A stretch of DNA of 16,762 nucleotides, taken from a virus (taxonomy: Duplodnaviria > Heunggongvirae > Uroviricota > Caudoviricetes > Demerecviridae). Position numbers and translations under genes: made by a program. Below are positions 15,901-16,762 of this stretch, one piece after another (positions within the stretch are counted from its first letter, which is position 1; each line of letters begins with the position of its first letter). The notes under the pieces are model-generated. The model had not been told where the DNA came from and did no database searches. It saw nothing but the letters and a program-made list of their open reading frames with translations. The stretch spans positions 94,745 to 111,506 of IMG/VR virus record IMGVR_UViG_2595698513_000001, one strand, 5' to 3'.

Positions 15901-16762
15901 AGTATATTTTATTCAAGGTGTGCCTGATACTGGAATTCCTATTATCAAGCTAGTAGGTCGTAATGGTTCAGGGGCTAATCACCCAGAGCTTTTCTTCGAC
16001 ACGGTAGCTAAGAAGGTAAAACTACGCTCAGATCATAATAACAACTATACTTTTGCAGTACAGATAAATGAGACTACCAATGATGCCAACCCTTGGGTAG
16101 AGTTGACTAATGCATATAGCCCATTCAATAAACCTAGTTGGGGAGATATAAACGGCGTACCTGAGGCTGCTAAGCGTTGGCCAGCATTCAATGAAGTTAC
16201 TGGTAAGCCTAGTGTATACCCTACAAACTGGGCATCTGTAAGTAACATACCAACTACGGCTAAACGTTGGCCTACTTGGGGGGAAGTTGGTGGTAATAAT
16301 TATATCCGTCCAATAGATACACACCTACAAGTAGGGGGTAGTAAGTGGTTACGTGCTGCAGATGACGTTGCAGGCTTCTTACCTGCCTCTCCAGGTACTG
16401 AGGGTAAGTCTTTCTTAGGTACAAATGGCTGGTGGTTTGATGAGGCTTATGTGGCTAATTATTATGGTAAAATTTTGAGTCTAACTGGGGATGCTCGCGT
16501 AACTGGTAAGGTATCTTCTAACTCTCAATTCCAACATAGTGGTAGTCGTACATCTAACACTTTATTTACTATGCCTAACGCCCCTTTAAACAGTAAATTC
16601 TATATTAATTGGGTTGGTGGAGAGAATGTATTAAGCTTCACTCGTAGAGCTGTAGGTAAGGGGGATAATCAGTCTACTATCAATGCTCATGGATATCTTA
16701 CTGAGAATGGCAATAGAGTATACTCGGCAGCAAACAAACCTACTCCAGAGGATATTGGAGCA
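12995..16762 (+). CDS. Long lateral (L-shaped) tail fibre, 3'-truncated by the window edge (>1256 aa)
   Basis: SD GAGGA at 12985-12989, ATG at 12995. Manual translation stays open to the window end: acidic N-terminus MADNIEIEQRVLDG, Ala/Ser-rich coiled coil with AKTSETN heptads, then beta-rich modules joined by RVYSEANKPTPADINAV-type motifs. Occupies the position of T5 pb1/ltf. Confidence 0.93.
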   Translation, partial: MADNIEIEQRVLDGDLAGPVNVEIDTKEFTGEVSLENSLLDGTGSEINVELSESMGVVGIDDLVEVKSEIDKSVNKAEATVAEAQRQIDKANQTIENMVAAKDQIAVQVDTAKKAAVASKNSADAAYLSRNNALVSETKAKDSEDAAKASQSAAKISEDKAKASQSAAKDSETLASQKAAEATGQAGTATEQAKAAKASATKAEQEQQAALAAQKAAEKARDAAKSSETAAAQSAGSAYSYQQAAKASEDKADQYQAAAATSAADAAASAASMTQSVADATAAKVAAESAQLASENARDVSTAKSVVATEKADAASISAAAALTSQRAAKTSETNAKASETKAKTSETNAKTSETNAKASEDKADQYSVAANTSATEANISAKAASVSQIAAAESASQAVGSKQAAAQSASAAANSAQESEVSNQAAKVAQTAAETAQKSSEDARDAAKDSETKAKTSETNAATSATTASQKANAASNSATAAATSANQAAQSKNAAKVSETNAKSSEDNSKSSETKAKASESNAADSALQAQAHAGGALAAQLEAEKARDVAKVSETNAKASEVKANASKLAAKASETNASNSATAAATSASEASSSKTAAANSASNAASSATAAKTSEDKAKASRDEAEKFAIELRKGNVYRGTWNPNSGKYPDVPPTNSRWDVQLNQGQLKTDFDGKEWNWGDRLIYVLETKSFDIVESGTGVASVNGDTGAVTVTPDSIGAVKKTGGTVSGNLVIQTPNNPTLTISENNTTANSGPRLRFETSNTQGVELYHLEHDGDIPGGGYALKLQKAPGNTQSLGATLVVEGDIYEQNNKRVYSEANKPTPADINAVSKSGDQINGNLITTGYTRANNVQVGTLTSSDKSVLSGTQKIAVVGNDQLDRVDIKGKLLTHNGKEVYSEDNKPLPYDINAVTNTEQFRVYARNYVANKTINPELLGYEGKPLTLADKSYYIRVYTLSTGTVTGAVYFIQGVPDTGIPIIKLVGRNGSGANHPELFFDTVAKKVKLRSDHNNNYTFAVQINETTNDANPWVELTNAYSPFNKPSWGDINGVPEAAKRWPAFNEVTGKPSVYPTNWASVSNIPTTAKRWPTWGEVGGNNYIRPIDTHLQVGGSKWLRAADDVAGFLPASPGTEGKSFLGTNGWWFDEAYVANYYGKILSLTGDARVTGKVSSNSQFQHSGSRTSNTLFTMPNAPLNSKFYINWVGGENVLSFTRRAVGKGDNQSTINAHGYLTENGNRVYSAANKPTPEDIGA
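13979..14076 (+). repeat. 21-bp (heptad) tandem repeat array within the fibre coiled coil
   Basis: Units start at 13979, 14000, 14021, 14042 and 14063. GCTAAAACTAGTGAAACCAAT occurs exactly twice in tandem (14021-14062). Confidence 0.85.

Noticed and set aside
952-16324. All minus-strand ORFs in the track (952..1152, 2420..2887, 3425..3961, 6987..7280, 7908..8120, 8586..8963, 9402..9614, 9887..10093, 10601..10921, 12955..13209, 15061..15255, 16028..16324, 16045..16248)
   Set aside because: They lie antisense to well-supported structural genes, have Ser/Leu-rich shadow composition and show no recognisable motifs.
1-16762. tRNA, rRNA, intron, homing endonuclease or transposase
   Set aside because: No such signatures seen. 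Genes are uninterrupted and the intergenic gaps are explained by the regulatory elements listed.

Overview
The window is the tail-morphogenesis module of a T5-like siphophage (Demerecviridae). All real genes are on the + strand in T5 order: baseplate tube protein (p140-like, 5' end outside the window), tail assembly chaperone pair, tape measure protein (pb2), distal tail protein (pb9), baseplate hub (pb3), central straight fibre (pb4), collar (p132-like) and a very long lateral tail fibre. The fibre starts at 12995 and runs off the window without a stop, which is why the ORF track omits it. Assignments rest on remembered T5 protein sequences and gene order, not on a database search. The host cannot be determined; a Vibrio-like gammaproteobacterium is only a guess from the style of the fibre. 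The main departure from T5 is an extra ~252-aa gene between the chaperones and the tape measure gene. It reads as a minimal HK97-fold (capsid/encapsulin-like) protein with almost no E-loop and sits directly behind a terminator that has a competing antiterminator fold. Other points: a UUU_CGA +1 frameshift candidate joining the two chaperone ORFs, two terminators sharing an identical TGTAATG loop, a promoter plus a 22-bp perfect palindrome before pb9, ~340 extra residues of collagen-linked repeats in pb4, an extra C-terminal domain on the collar, and a ~580-residue coiled-coil fibre stalk built by heptad-multiple duplications.
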